A stretch of 64,000 nt of DNA from Candidatus Bathyarchaeota archaeon (lineage in GTDB: Archaea; Thermoproteota; Bathyarchaeia; 40CM-2-53-6), in NCBI GenBank assembly GCA_963833125.1, contig CAWHWX010000009.1, forward strand, positions 32,001 through 96,000, read 5' to 3'. A program made the translations under genes and the position numbers. Position 1 is the first letter of the stretch; the number at the start of each line of letters is the position of its first letter. Of the stretch, positions 21,682-31,233 are shown piece by piece. The notes beneath the pieces are model-generated. The model did no database searches. It was not told the origin of the DNA and saw only the letters and a program-made list of their open reading frames with translations.

Positions 21682-23010
21682 ATGCTGGTTTCTTGTTTGA
21701 TTCAGGGCTTGGATTGGATTCAGAAACGTACTGGGCTTGACCCGGTAGCGAATTCTGAAGCCCTGACTTTCGTGCAGACCTCGTCCTCGACGATGTGTAT
21801 GCAATGCCGTGGGAGCCGGATGCTCTGCGGAAAGGCTTACTGCCCGATCTTGTCAAAAGCAGACCTTCTTGTCAAACACTTGCCGAAACTCTCGAAGGAC
21901 GTGATCGATGGCTCCAGCCCGCCCGGTGCATTCGTAGGTCGAGTTGGTTATCCGAAGGTCTACATTGGTCCTCTGATTCCACCAGAGAAAGGGGACACGC
22001 GGGTTCTCGATACACCAGAACTTTGGATGGGCACCAGCATTCAGGGGATAATTGACTACCGATTCCGTTTGATCCGCGGGAAGTCGCTAGTTGAAGTTCA
22101 CGAGGCGCAGGATCCTGGGAGGTATTTGCTGGATCTTCACGACTTGGCCTTGTCTTCGACTTCTGTTGAAGTGAATGCGAAATTCAAGAAGAAACCTAGA
22201 ATGTCTGTGGTGCTCAGTGAGGAGACGCAACCCTTCGGTCCATCGGCTTTGATACAGAACCTTGAGATTGCTCCCAGCTCGGGAGAGCAGAAACTCGAGG
22301 CCGCGTACTATGACGGCGATTTACTTGCTGCAAATGGGATGATAGAATTATACCGGGACGGGGTTGAGGTTTCACGTATTCAAAAAACGCTTAGCCTCGG
22401 CATGCTTGGTGTTCAAGAGCAGAGGAAGATCGTTCCGACTCGTTGGAGCATAACCGCAGTCGATGACACCCTGTCCAAGCACCTTCTCCAGAAAGTCTAC
22501 CACTACCCAACCCTTGACAAATTTCAGGTCTACAAGTTTGAATACCTAGATAATTGGTACGCCGCGATTTTGTCGCCGCGAAATTGGGCGTTCGAATGGA
22601 TTGAAGCTTGGTTTCCAGGTACAGCTTGGAATGAAACTGGGAGTGTTCCGGCGCTGATGGGCGACCATGAACCTTTCGAAGGGCGAACGACCTACGCCTC
22701 TGTAGGAGGATGCTATTACTCCACTAGGCTTGCGGTGGCTGAAGCGTTGGAGAGGATGGAAAAACAAGCGTCGGCTTTGGTCCTCCGCGAAATCCGGCCC
22801 GGTTACGTTCTTCCTGTAGGCGTCTGGAATGTGCGAGAGAGCGTTCGCGCGGCCCTTAGAACGGCGCCCACCATATTCGACGACTTCCAGCACGCTCTTC
22901 ATTATGCTTGTATGGAGTTCAGGATTAAGCCCGATGTATGGATCAACAATAGCCACTTGATTCGCGAAGAAATCTTTCAGACTCGCCTGAGTCAATACTT
23001 TGGGCTATGA
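21682..23010 (+). CDS. nreA: Nre family archaeal DNA repair protein (true start probably a little downstream)
   Basis: CxxCRG...LCGK..CP, GSSPPG.FVGR.GYPKV, PTRWSITAVD, GGCYY and a C-terminal PIP box QTRLSQYF. Confidence 0.93.
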   Translation: MLVSCLIQGLDWIQKRTGLDPVANSEALTFVQTSSSTMCMQCRGSRMLCGKAYCPILSKADLLVKHLPKLSKDVIDGSSPPGAFVGRVGYPKVYIGPLIPPEKGDTRVLDTPELWMGTSIQGIIDYRFRLIRGKSLVEVHEAQDPGRYLLDLHDLALSSTSVEVNAKFKKKPRMSVVLSEETQPFGPSALIQNLEIAPSSGEQKLEAAYYDGDLLAANGMIELYRDGVEVSRIQKTLSLGMLGVQEQRKIVPTRWSITAVDDTLSKHLLQKVYHYPTLDKFQVYKFEYLDNWYAAILSPRNWAFEWIEAWFPGTAWNETGSVPALMGDHEPFEGRTTYASVGGCYYSTRLAVAEALERMEKQASALVLREIRPGYVLPVGVWNVRESVRAALRTAPTIFDDFQHALHYACMEFRIKPDVWINNSHLIREEIFQTRLSQYFGL

Positions 23011-23136
23011 GAAGATGTGTAGCGCAGTGTAGTGATTAATGCTTAACAGGAACTGGTGGAATCCACACAGCCTCTTTTTCCGTAATAGTGTTTAAACCGC
23101 AGATATCGATATATCGACACTTACATGTGATTCTGA

Positions 23137-23757
23137 ATGAAGATTCGTACTAGAGGTCCCACTATCGTCTACTTGATTCTGTTAATCGCTTTAGCAGTTA
23201 GTTTGCTACCGCTGAGCTTGGCTTCAACAATAACGAACTACGGAGATCAGAATGTGGAGCAGTGGGCTGGCACGATTGGCGGCAACGAGGTTCAAGCATA
23301 CGTCATGTTTTCCGTCCCAGGCCCGGCTGTAATCCATTCCATCTCCATGTATATGCAGTATTCAGGGTCGGACGGTAGCCAATGTATGTGGTTTGGAATC
23401 TACCAGGACAATGGGAACGGGAGCCCCGCAGGCCAACCCTTAGTTGCTTCCACGAAAACGACCTATTGCCTTCGCGGTTCGGCCAGCTGGGGACCTGCTT
23501 GGCAAACATGGAAGCTTCGTACAAATGATACGCTGAGTATCCCCGCTGGTGGAGATTATTGGCTTGCTACCCTCGCAGCGCAATCCTACGGAAATATCTA
23601 CCACTATGCTTACAGCTCAAGCTACGACTACACATACGGATACGCCACCTACTTCTTCACGACTCCTTATTCACTCGGGTTCCCAACTTTCTTCGCCAGT
23701 AATCCAGCCTGGGAAGGCAACGGCCCTTACAGTGTCTACGTAACCGCATCGTCTTGA
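23137..23757 (+). CDS. Secreted hypothetical protein (beta-sandwich, Tyr-rich)
   Basis: Signal peptide and a GIYQDNG.GSP...GDYWLA pattern; upstream TTTAAA box. Confidence 0.65.
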   Translation: MKIRTRGPTIVYLILLIALAVSLLPLSLASTITNYGDQNVEQWAGTIGGNEVQAYVMFSVPGPAVIHSISMYMQYSGSDGSQCMWFGIYQDNGNGSPAGQPLVASTKTTYCLRGSASWGPAWQTWKLRTNDTLSIPAGGDYWLATLAAQSYGNIYHYAYSSSYDYTYGYATYFFTTPYSLGFPTFFASNPAWEGNGPYSVYVTASS

Positions 23758-23800
23758 TTAGCGAGGCAAATCGACACCCCCGAATCGCAGTGATCCGCTA

Positions 23801-25051
23801 ATGCAAAAACTTCGACTCTCGATACTTCTAACCACCCTCGCCCTGCTTTCAATAATCACATTCGCAAGCTTGCAAGCTCATGCGGATCCGCTCCTGAACG
23901 CTGGAACATTTTTCGGTTCTGCCGCGACGGTGGACAGCGAGGGAAGCCTGATCGTGATAGGGAGCAGCTCATCTTTCAGTAATGGACAGTCACAAGCGTT
24001 TTTGTTCAAATTTGTGTCTTCCCTTCCTGATTCCCCCACCGGTCAACGTGCTTGCATGCGAACATTTGGAAACGCCGAACCTTACGACACCTTTGGCTAC
24101 GCTGTAGCGACCGATACTTCGAACAGCATCTACATAACCGGCTCTACCCAAACATTCGGAGGAGAAAACTACAACGTATTCCTCCAGAAATACGATCAAT
24201 CATGCAATCTACTTTACACGAAACAATGGGCAGGCCAGGGCAATGATATTCCTCGCGGAATCACCACTGACGCGTTCGACAACGTCTACATAACAGGATA
24301 CACGAACAGTTTCGATAATGGTTCAACCCAGATCTTCCTTCTGAAGTACACAGGGGTTGGCGATCTGCAATTCTCGAAGCTGTGGGGAGGCGTACGAAAT
24401 GACTACGGTTACAGCGTTGCTTCCGACAACTTAGGCAATGTGTACGTGGTCGGAACTACCAACAGTTTCGGTGCTGGCGGTTCGGATGCTGTGTTACTGA
24501 AATACGACTCTTCAGGAAATCTACTTTACCAGAAAACATGGGGCGGAACACAGAACGATTATGGAACCGGGGTTGCGGTTGACGCTGGAGGGTACGTTTA
24601 CGTGACCGGCTACACTTACAGCCTTGGTCCAACCCCTGGAATTCCAAGTGTTTTTCTGCTAAAATATGACCCCTCCGGAAACCTCCTCTTCCAGAAAACT
24701 TGGGGAGGCATTAAGAACGATTTCGCCACAGGGATCACCGTCGACCTTGACGGGAATGTCTACGTGGTAGGTTACACGAAAAGCTACAGCATAAACCCAG
24801 GCATTCCAAGCGCATTCCTCTTGAAATTCGACCAATCCGGAAATTTGCTGTTCATGAAAGTTTGGGGAGGCAACAGAGGCGATTTTGCATATGGCGTCGC
24901 TGTTGACACCGCAGAAAACGTGTACGTAACGGGCTACACGTATAGCTTCGGCCCAAACACTCAAGGAACAAACTACTTCATCTTGAAATACGATTATTTC
25001 GGGAACCTGCTGTTCCAAAAACTCTACGGCGGCGGTATCCCCGACCCGTAA
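23801..25051 (+). CDS. Secreted SBBP-type beta-propeller repeat protein
   Basis: About 7 repeats of DxxGNVYVxGYTxS...FLLKYDxSGNLLxxKTWGG. Confidence 0.9.
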   Translation: MQKLRLSILLTTLALLSIITFASLQAHADPLLNAGTFFGSAATVDSEGSLIVIGSSSSFSNGQSQAFLFKFVSSLPDSPTGQRACMRTFGNAEPYDTFGYAVATDTSNSIYITGSTQTFGGENYNVFLQKYDQSCNLLYTKQWAGQGNDIPRGITTDAFDNVYITGYTNSFDNGSTQIFLLKYTGVGDLQFSKLWGGVRNDYGYSVASDNLGNVYVVGTTNSFGAGGSDAVLLKYDSSGNLLYQKTWGGTQNDYGTGVAVDAGGYVYVTGYTYSLGPTPGIPSVFLLKYDPSGNLLFQKTWGGIKNDFATGITVDLDGNVYVVGYTKSYSINPGIPSAFLLKFDQSGNLLFMKVWGGNRGDFAYGVAVDTAENVYVTGYTYSFGPNTQGTNYFILKYDYFGNLLFQKLYGGGIPDP

Positions 25052-25391
25052 AATGATAATCCGAACACCACTCCCAAACAGATCACTCAAAGAGCTCCAA
25101 GTTCCCTAGAAATTCGCAAAGTCACGTTGAATGGTTAATCGTCGACGAAAAAATTCTACCTTCTTGTGACCGGCTCGTTAAGTCACTAAACTCTCCGCAA
25201 ACTCGTTTGAACCTGAGTTCAGAACAGGCTGGATGGTAGGTTCCGAAAAATAGAAAAGATAGACGAAATTGAACGCCATGGCTAACCTCCTTCTCAACGG
25301 AAGTGTCGCGGAGGCCATTGGCCATAGGAAAAACATCGAACCATGCAGGGATTAGACTTGCGAAAGGTCATGGCGTGTCTTCCGCAAAAGC

Positions 25392-25796
25392 ATGAGTTCA
25401 TTCGCTTTCAGCGAGCTGGTCTCTAGTATAGCAATTCAACCTCAAATCCTTGAATTCCTTCATAAATTTGGCTACCAGGTAACTGCTCCAAAGAGAATCA
25501 GCGGACGTTCAGGTGAGGAGCAAACTTTCGACTTTTCGGCAACAAAGGATGGGGAAGAGATTGTATTTGATATCGCCTCGGAACCAACGGAGATTGGCGC
25601 GGAAGCGATTGTAACTTTCTTCGCTAAGATCTTCGACACTAAACCACGTCGAGCCATTCTGATCTGCATTCCCGGGGTTAACCGCAACGCGAGAAACCTG
25701 ATAACAATGTACAGCATCCAAACGGCGACCGGAAGTGACGTTAACCAAGTACTCCTAAGACTTTCAGAATTGCTCGGAGTCCACGCCCCCTCTTGA
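25392..25796 (+). CDS. PD-(D/E)XK / Mrr-like nuclease-fold domain protein, possibly an N-truncated remnant
   Basis: EFLHKFGYQV...ISGRSGEEQTFDF...IVFDI pattern. Confidence 0.55.
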   Translation: MSSFAFSELVSSIAIQPQILEFLHKFGYQVTAPKRISGRSGEEQTFDFSATKDGEEIVFDIASEPTEIGAEAIVTFFAKIFDTKPRRAILICIPGVNRNARNLITMYSIQTATGSDVNQVLLRLSELLGVHAPS

Positions 25797-26635
25797 CCCC
25801 AAACGATCAGAGGAAGACAACAAGGCTGAGAGCGCATACTCCATCTATACCCATTATGAATCTAACGTCAATCTGCGTGTTCATGTTCGATCTTGACGGA
25901 ACACTTTGGATCGGTAAAGAGAATCCTCGTTACTTAGGCGGGAGGCAGGTCGTAAGGAAGCTTAAGGATTCTGGAAGGAAAACATTCGTCCTAACCAACG
26001 ATTCTACGCATTCGCGCGAAGAGATATATCAGAACCTCGCTAGACTTGGGTTTAGTTTTACCATTGATGAAATATTGACGTCAAGCTACTTGACTGCTCA
26101 GTATTTGACTGAACAATTTGGCACTGCGTCGTTCTACCTGATTGGTGAAAACGGATTAAAACACGAACTGGAGGCTGCGGGACATCATGCATCAGCCGAA
26201 CCAGAGGTTGTGGTGGTAGGTTTAGACAGACAGATGACCTATGAGAAACTCGATGGAGGGCTACAGTTTCTGCGGGCGGGGGCTCGTTTGGTTGGAAGCT
26301 ATGGGGGAGCAGTATACATGGGCGACCGCGGACCTGCCCTGTCGGCGGGGTCCATAATCAAGGCGCTGGAGTTCGCAAGCGGAAAGAAAGCAGTGATGAT
26401 CGGGAAACCATCCCCCCGAATGTTCACGCTCGCCCTCAAACTCGCTAATGGGAAGGCCAGCAAGGCTGCGATGGTTGGGGACCAAATAGAAACAGACGTA
26501 GTAGGAGCCCGGAAAGCCGGCGTTCACACGATTCTCGTCCTAACAGGAGTTGAGACTCGAGAATCAGTAAATCGTTCTAAGATTAAACCCGAGATTACTA
26601 TCGACAACCTAGACAATCTCGAAACCCTTCTCTGA
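25793..26635 (+). CDS. HAD-IIA (NagD-like) phosphatase
   Basis: FDLDGTL, LTND, IGKPS, MVGDQIETD and VLTG. Confidence 0.92.
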   Translation: MTPNDQRKTTRLRAHTPSIPIMNLTSICVFMFDLDGTLWIGKENPRYLGGRQVVRKLKDSGRKTFVLTNDSTHSREEIYQNLARLGFSFTIDEILTSSYLTAQYLTEQFGTASFYLIGENGLKHELEAAGHHASAEPEVVVVGLDRQMTYEKLDGGLQFLRAGARLVGSYGGAVYMGDRGPALSAGSIIKALEFASGKKAVMIGKPSPRMFTLALKLANGKASKAAMVGDQIETDVVGARKAGVHTILVLTGVETRESVNRSKIKPEITIDNLDNLETLL

Positions 26636-26728
26636 TCTGCATAATCGCGCCGGCCGGTCCGAACGCCTGCATAACCCTTAAGACTACCTCGCTCGTGTTC
26701 ATCCTTTACCGTTTGAATAGAAGTCGAC

Positions 26729-27354
26729 TTGAAAATGTCAGAGGAACAAGGACAAGCAGCCGGCGTTCCGGCACCCAACGTAAAAGTTAGCGAACTCGGC
26801 CCCTACTCGAAACAGGTCAATGCAACCGTTAAGGTCGTCCAGAAGGGCGAGGCTAGAGAGACAGTGTCACGACAAGACGGCACGACACACCGCGTGTTAG
26901 ATGCACTTGTCGGGGACGATACTGGAACCATCTACATGACGCTCTGGGACGAAAACATCGACAAAGTCAACGAAGGTGACTCCGTCAATGTCAAAAACGG
27001 TTACGTGCGACCGTTCAAGGGATCAATGCGCCTAAACATCGGACGATACGGATCCCTGGAACCCGCTGAAACCCCACTTGGCGACGTAAACACCCAGAAC
27101 AACCTATCCGACAAAGTAGTCGAAGAACGACCCTACCGCTCATATGGAGGCGGAAGAGGAGGCGGCTACGGCGGCGGACGAGGCGGAGGCTACGGCGGAG
27201 GGCGAGGAGGCGGGTACGGCGGCGGACGAGGCGGAGGCTACGGCGGAGGGCGAGGAGGCGGGTACGGCGGCGGACGAGGCGGAGGGGCGGCGGTGGCGGC
27301 TACGGACGTGGCCGTGACAGAGGCTACGGCGACAGAGGACGCGACCGATACTAG
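26729..27354 (+). CDS. ssb: Single-OB-fold single-stranded DNA-binding protein with a Gly/Arg/Tyr-rich tail (frameshift near 27285)
   Basis: KVSELGP, VGDDTGTIYMTLWD, VKNGYV and LNIGRYG. The shifted frame ends GGYGRGRDRGYGDRGRDRY* at 27354. Confidence 0.9.
27143..27300 (+). repeat. 24-nt tandem repeat encoding about 6 copies of YGGGRGGG
   Basis: Contains an exact tandem duplication of the 48-mer ggcggacgaggcggaggctacggcggagggcgaggaggcgggtacggc. Confidence 0.9.
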
Positions 27355-27399
27355 CCATCCGAACTGGCAGCTGTACGCTGCGAATAATTCCCCCAGAAA

Positions 27400-27418
27400 T
27401 TTTCTTTTTCTGTTTTCC
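27400..27418 (+). terminator. Oligo-T archaeal terminator after ssb
   Basis: ttttctttttctgttttcc, about 45 nt after the corrected stop codon. Confidence 0.5.
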
Positions 27419-27472
27419 AACATCTTCCTAGTTACTTTTAGGCAGCATGAATCGTTTCGCGTATCGGAAGCA

Positions 27473-27700
27473 TTATTCCGGTTTTGATAACGTTAGAATC
27501 AGTTCACGGAGCTTCTTCGGGAAACGTTTGGATTGGATCGTGTAGCCCTTCTGACGTAGCATCTCTCCCAAGCGCGAAGAACCTGACCACACCTCTTCCT
27601 TCGTAGTCCAACAAATCCTTCCGTCCTGAAGGAACCAGATTTCGCTGTCATTCGCTATGACATCGACACCATCGATCCTTCTGCGCAGATCCATCTCCAT
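27473..27700 (-). CDS. Small hypothetical protein divergent from the ParB-like gene
   Basis: 75-aa ORF with an ATG start; TATA-like boxes at 27718-27737. Confidence 0.5.
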   Translation of the reverse strand: MEMDLRRRIDGVDVIANDSEIWFLQDGRICWTTKEEVWSGSSRLGEMLRQKGYTIQSKRFPKKLRELILTLSKPE

Positions 27701-27738
27701 TAGCCCTGCTCGAATTCTTTAAACAGAACGATTTAAGA

Positions 27739-28650
27739 TTGTATACTTACTCCCTGTTGTGTTTGGGTGCCCGAAATTTGGTAACACTAGCAGAATTGGA
27801 AACAAACAAGTTATTCGTTGGAGACTCCAACGTCCGCAAATCTGTTGGGGATATAACCGAACTTAAACTCTCTATAGAAGAAAAAGGGATACTAGAACCG
27901 CTTCTCGTTAGACCATTAAAGAATAGATTCGAGATTGTGGTCGGTTCAAGACGCTATGAAGCAGCCAAAGCCTTGGGCCTAAGGAAAGTACCAGTCCTCA
28001 TCAGACCGATGAGTGACACGGAAGCGCTCTCACTCTCATTAGTAGAGAATATTCAGAGAACCGATCTTGAGCTTGAAGAGGAGGCCGAAGGGGTGCTCAG
28101 ATTGATGAAGCTCGATCCGAAACGATTTGCAAATGCCAGATCCGTTGCAAAGGTTCTAGGTCGCTCGGAAAGCGCCGTTCGAGAGCTGCTCGACGCTTAC
28201 GAATTAACTTTCAAACTTCGAGAGAAAGGTATGCAGATTCACGCAGCTAGAGCTCCTCCCGAAGAGCAAAGACAACGAGCGGAAGCAATCCCACTTGCGC
28301 ATACCGAACTCATCGCACGTGCCATAAAGACCGCAGAAGTGAAAAGACTACCAACGCGCGAGTTCGACCGCAAGATTCCGGAAATCGTCAGAGCCATAGC
28401 TCCCCTCCCTGAAGCAGATGCGAGGAAAGTGGTGGACCGTTTCAAGATGTTTCCTGAGAGATCGATTCAAGCGATAAAGGAAGAAGCCCTAGCAAAGCAG
28501 ACCGGAGTTGCGGTCAAAATATACTTCTCACCAAGAATTGCCCGAGCCCTGAACCAAGCTGCTGAGGAACGCGACCTCTCTGAAGACGAACTGGCCTCGA
28601 TTGCAGTGGAAGAATGGCTAGTACTCAAGGGATATTTGAAATCAGTCTGA
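27739..28650 (+). CDS. ParB/Spo0J-family CTPase with an HTH and a C-terminal ribbon-helix-helix-like domain (start probably 27778)
   Basis: SIEEKGILEPLLVRP, GSRRYEA, ENIQRTDL, HTH ARSVAKVLGRSESAV, and C-terminal VKIYFSPRIARALNQAAEERDLSEDELASIAVEEWL. Confidence 0.85.
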   Translation: MYTYSLLCLGARNLVTLAELETNKLFVGDSNVRKSVGDITELKLSIEEKGILEPLLVRPLKNRFEIVVGSRRYEAAKALGLRKVPVLIRPMSDTEALSLSLVENIQRTDLELEEEAEGVLRLMKLDPKRFANARSVAKVLGRSESAVRELLDAYELTFKLREKGMQIHAARAPPEEQRQRAEAIPLAHTELIARAIKTAEVKRLPTREFDRKIPEIVRAIAPLPEADARKVVDRFKMFPERSIQAIKEEALAKQTGVAVKIYFSPRIARALNQAAEERDLSEDELASIAVEEWLVLKGYLKSV

Positions 28651-28701
28651 TATCGGAAAAAGTTTGAGCGACTTCAGGATTTGAAGACGCCATGTGGTTG
28701 A

Positions 28702-29341
28702 TCAGAGCCTTGGCAGCACGTATTGTGTAATTATGTACAGCGCCACGAAATAGATTACTAACAGTACAAGCGCAATTGCTAGATTCTTCTTCCAGTTAGG
28801 ACTCCAAGCTATTCCAAATGGTATCCCTAACGAGAAAGCCGATGACGTGTGAGATATAGGCGACATTACTCTGAAGGTTGAAGTAAACAGCCAACGCATT
28901 GTACAAGAAATATACTATCGCTACCATTCCGACCGGCATCAGGAGAAGCCAAGAAAACCGGAGGGGCTTCATCAACATCACGACAGCCGCCAGAGTGAAA
29001 ATCGCTGCCGATGCACCGACAAAGGTAACGCCGGGTTGGAAAGAACGGAAGGTTGAGTGGGAAGCTAAGTATACCTCCGAAAAAAACACAGTAAGCATTC
29101 GTTTCGAATTCGTCACGCTCTCCAGAGTGTTGCCGAAAACATAGAGGAAGATCATATTCCCGAGTAGGTGGATTAGGCTAGCATGCACGAAGATTGCGGT
29201 CACCAGGGTCCATATCCTGCCCTCTTGCAGGTTCGTAAGACTGAAGACAAGGTTGTGTTCAACTGTGGTAGGATCAGCTCCGTAGAGGGCATAGAGAGTT
29301 GCAGCGATACAGATCAAGATGAGAACATTGGTGGCCCTCAT
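28702..29341 (-). CDS. Rhomboid intramembrane serine protease (frameshifted)
   Basis: WTLVTAIFVH, HLLGNM, catalytic GASA and SHVIGF. Confidence 0.88.
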
Positions 29342-29372
29342 GGATGAGAACACGAATCCAGCGGATAACGTG

Positions 29373-30101
29373 ATGAATCAAAGCTTACACCAAAAAAACT
29401 TCTCTAACACTCTTCTTTTGATTCCCACACTCAACGAAGAAGAGGCAGTGGAAGGAATCGTTACTGAAGCAGCAAAATCTGGTTTTTCTAACATAATCGT
29501 GGTCGACGGGTTCAGCACCGACCGGACGCGGGAACTCGCAGCAGCGGCCGGAACCACGGTTATCGAACAGGAATTCGGCAGAGGGAAGGGATGCGGGATC
29601 CGAACAGGTATGAAGTTCTTCCTTCAAGGCAACGCCGAATTTCTTTGCATCATAGATGGAGACGGAACTAACATCCCTTCACACTTGGAAAACATGATTC
29701 TTCTCGCCCAGGAAGGGCGAGCTGACGTAGTAATGGGCTCTCGAATACGCGGTAAGAGAGACCACAAAGCAATGAATCTCCTAAGTATTGCCTCCAACCT
29801 TACCGTCTCACTCCTTTTCAGTGCCAAGTTTAGACATCTGTTCACAGACGTCCAGACCGGTTACTGGCTTTTCTCAAGATCAGCAGTACAAAGAATCTAT
29901 CCACTAATTCATTCTAGAGGCTTCGAAATCGAAATGGAACTGTTCGTCACAATCCTCAGAGAGAAACTACGACTCCGCGAAGTTCCCGTTGGGTTTAGGC
30001 GACGCCGAGGATCAACAAAGTTCAGCCTTCGACTTAGGTTGAGGAATCTATATTACGCATTCAAATATCTCTCATCAAGAACTACCGCAAACCCCACATG
30101 A
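29373..30101 (+). CDS. Glycosyltransferase family 2 (AglJ/DPM-like)
   Basis: IPTLNEE, VVDGFSTDRT, GKG, IDGDGT, DVQTG and GFEIEME. Confidence 0.9.
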   Translation: MNQSLHQKNFSNTLLLIPTLNEEEAVEGIVTEAAKSGFSNIIVVDGFSTDRTRELAAAAGTTVIEQEFGRGKGCGIRTGMKFFLQGNAEFLCIIDGDGTNIPSHLENMILLAQEGRADVVMGSRIRGKRDHKAMNLLSIASNLTVSLLFSAKFRHLFTDVQTGYWLFSRSAVQRIYPLIHSRGFEIEMELFVTILREKLRLREVPVGFRRRRGSTKFSLRLRLRNLYYAFKYLSSRTTANPT

Positions 30102-30131
30102 TTATAGAGCGAAAGTAATTCGGTTCGTGAG

Positions 30132-30545
30132 GTGTATGAATTGGGTGCGCGAACTGCGATCGGCGTTGTGATGTCGATACTAGGCTTGCTACTCCTTCTG
30201 TTCAGTGGCTATGAACTTAACAGCCTGTTTTTCATCGACAAATTGGCCACAGTGGCTGACATTCCATCTTACAGCGTAAATGTGGTAATGCCCTTCTTAC
30301 TCGGGATAATGGCCCTTCTCGATGGATCAATAATCCTCGGCTTAAAACGGTCGTTCAGCCTCAGCATTCATCTGCTCGTAAATTTCGTCTGGCTCTATGC
30401 GGCCTACATGCTCTACGACAACCTGGCGATACCCATAACAGACATCACAGCATACCATCAAGTATTCCTGCTAGGCTTCTTGGGTTTGATTCTCTTCGTC
30501 GTCGGAGTTATAGCCAACGACATACCCAAACGCAAAACGACTTAA
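30132..30545 (+). CDS. 4-TM membrane hypothetical protein
   Basis: Four hydrophobic segments; GAGGTG at the 5' end. Confidence 0.65.
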   Translation: MYELGARTAIGVVMSILGLLLLLFSGYELNSLFFIDKLATVADIPSYSVNVVMPFLLGIMALLDGSIILGLKRSFSLSIHLLVNFVWLYAAYMLYDNLAIPITDITAYHQVFLLGFLGLILFVVGVIANDIPKRKTT

Positions 30546-31182
30546 TCAAACAAGCTTGCGTTCCCTGAGGCCACCCTTTTTCGAAACATACGGGTTCCCG
30601 TAAATGTAAAACCTCCAAAGCTTATCCAAACCACTCCTGATTCCAACTCGTGTTGAACACCAAATTTCAAAGTCGCGTTCCCCGCGATCTGTGACCAAAA
30701 GGGGACCCCTGACGGTCATATCTTGTTCGTTCAGCGACTTACTTATCGCGAATGCCTTTGTCAGTTTACCTGGACCATTTGTCAACTCTAAGTCTGATAC
30801 ATTCGGTCGGAAATGCTTCATCGCAGTCAATTCCCTCTACTGGTTGAACCGCCCGAAATAACACAGCTCCAGGCGTTCCGGGTGCCTGGGTGGTAATGTT
30901 CAGGCAGTAATGATTTCCGTAAGTGAAGTAAATGTAGGCGTGACCGGGTTCATCAAACATTGGTGCATTTCTTGGGGTAAGACCACGAAAAGCGTGACTA
31001 GCTGGGTCATCACTGCCGCGATAAGCCTCGACTTCAACGATCCACCCCACCATTCGCTTCGAACCCGTAGTTCTAACCAAATATTTGCCGAGAAGATTTC
31101 TTGCGACTTCAACAGTGTCCCGAGCAAAGAATGAGGATTGAAGTATTCGTGATCCAGCCAATTGCTCAAAGACCACAAGCAT
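30546..31182 (-). CDS. mpg: DNA-3-methyladenine glycosylase (AAG/MPG type; frameshift near 30830)
   Basis: IVEVEAYRG.DDPASH, YIYFTYGNHYCLN, AVLFRA, NGPGKL and RVGI...WRF. Confidence 0.93.
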
Positions 31183-31233
31183 TGGCTCGAAAGAAAACGA
31201 GTGGGCAAGTAACTCCTGAGGGTCGGTGTGAGA

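Noticed and set aside
23990-25030. Recurring DNA repeats that might suggest a CRISPR array
   Set aside because: They are degenerate in-frame SBBP protein repeats, with no identical repeats separated by unique spacers and no cas genes.
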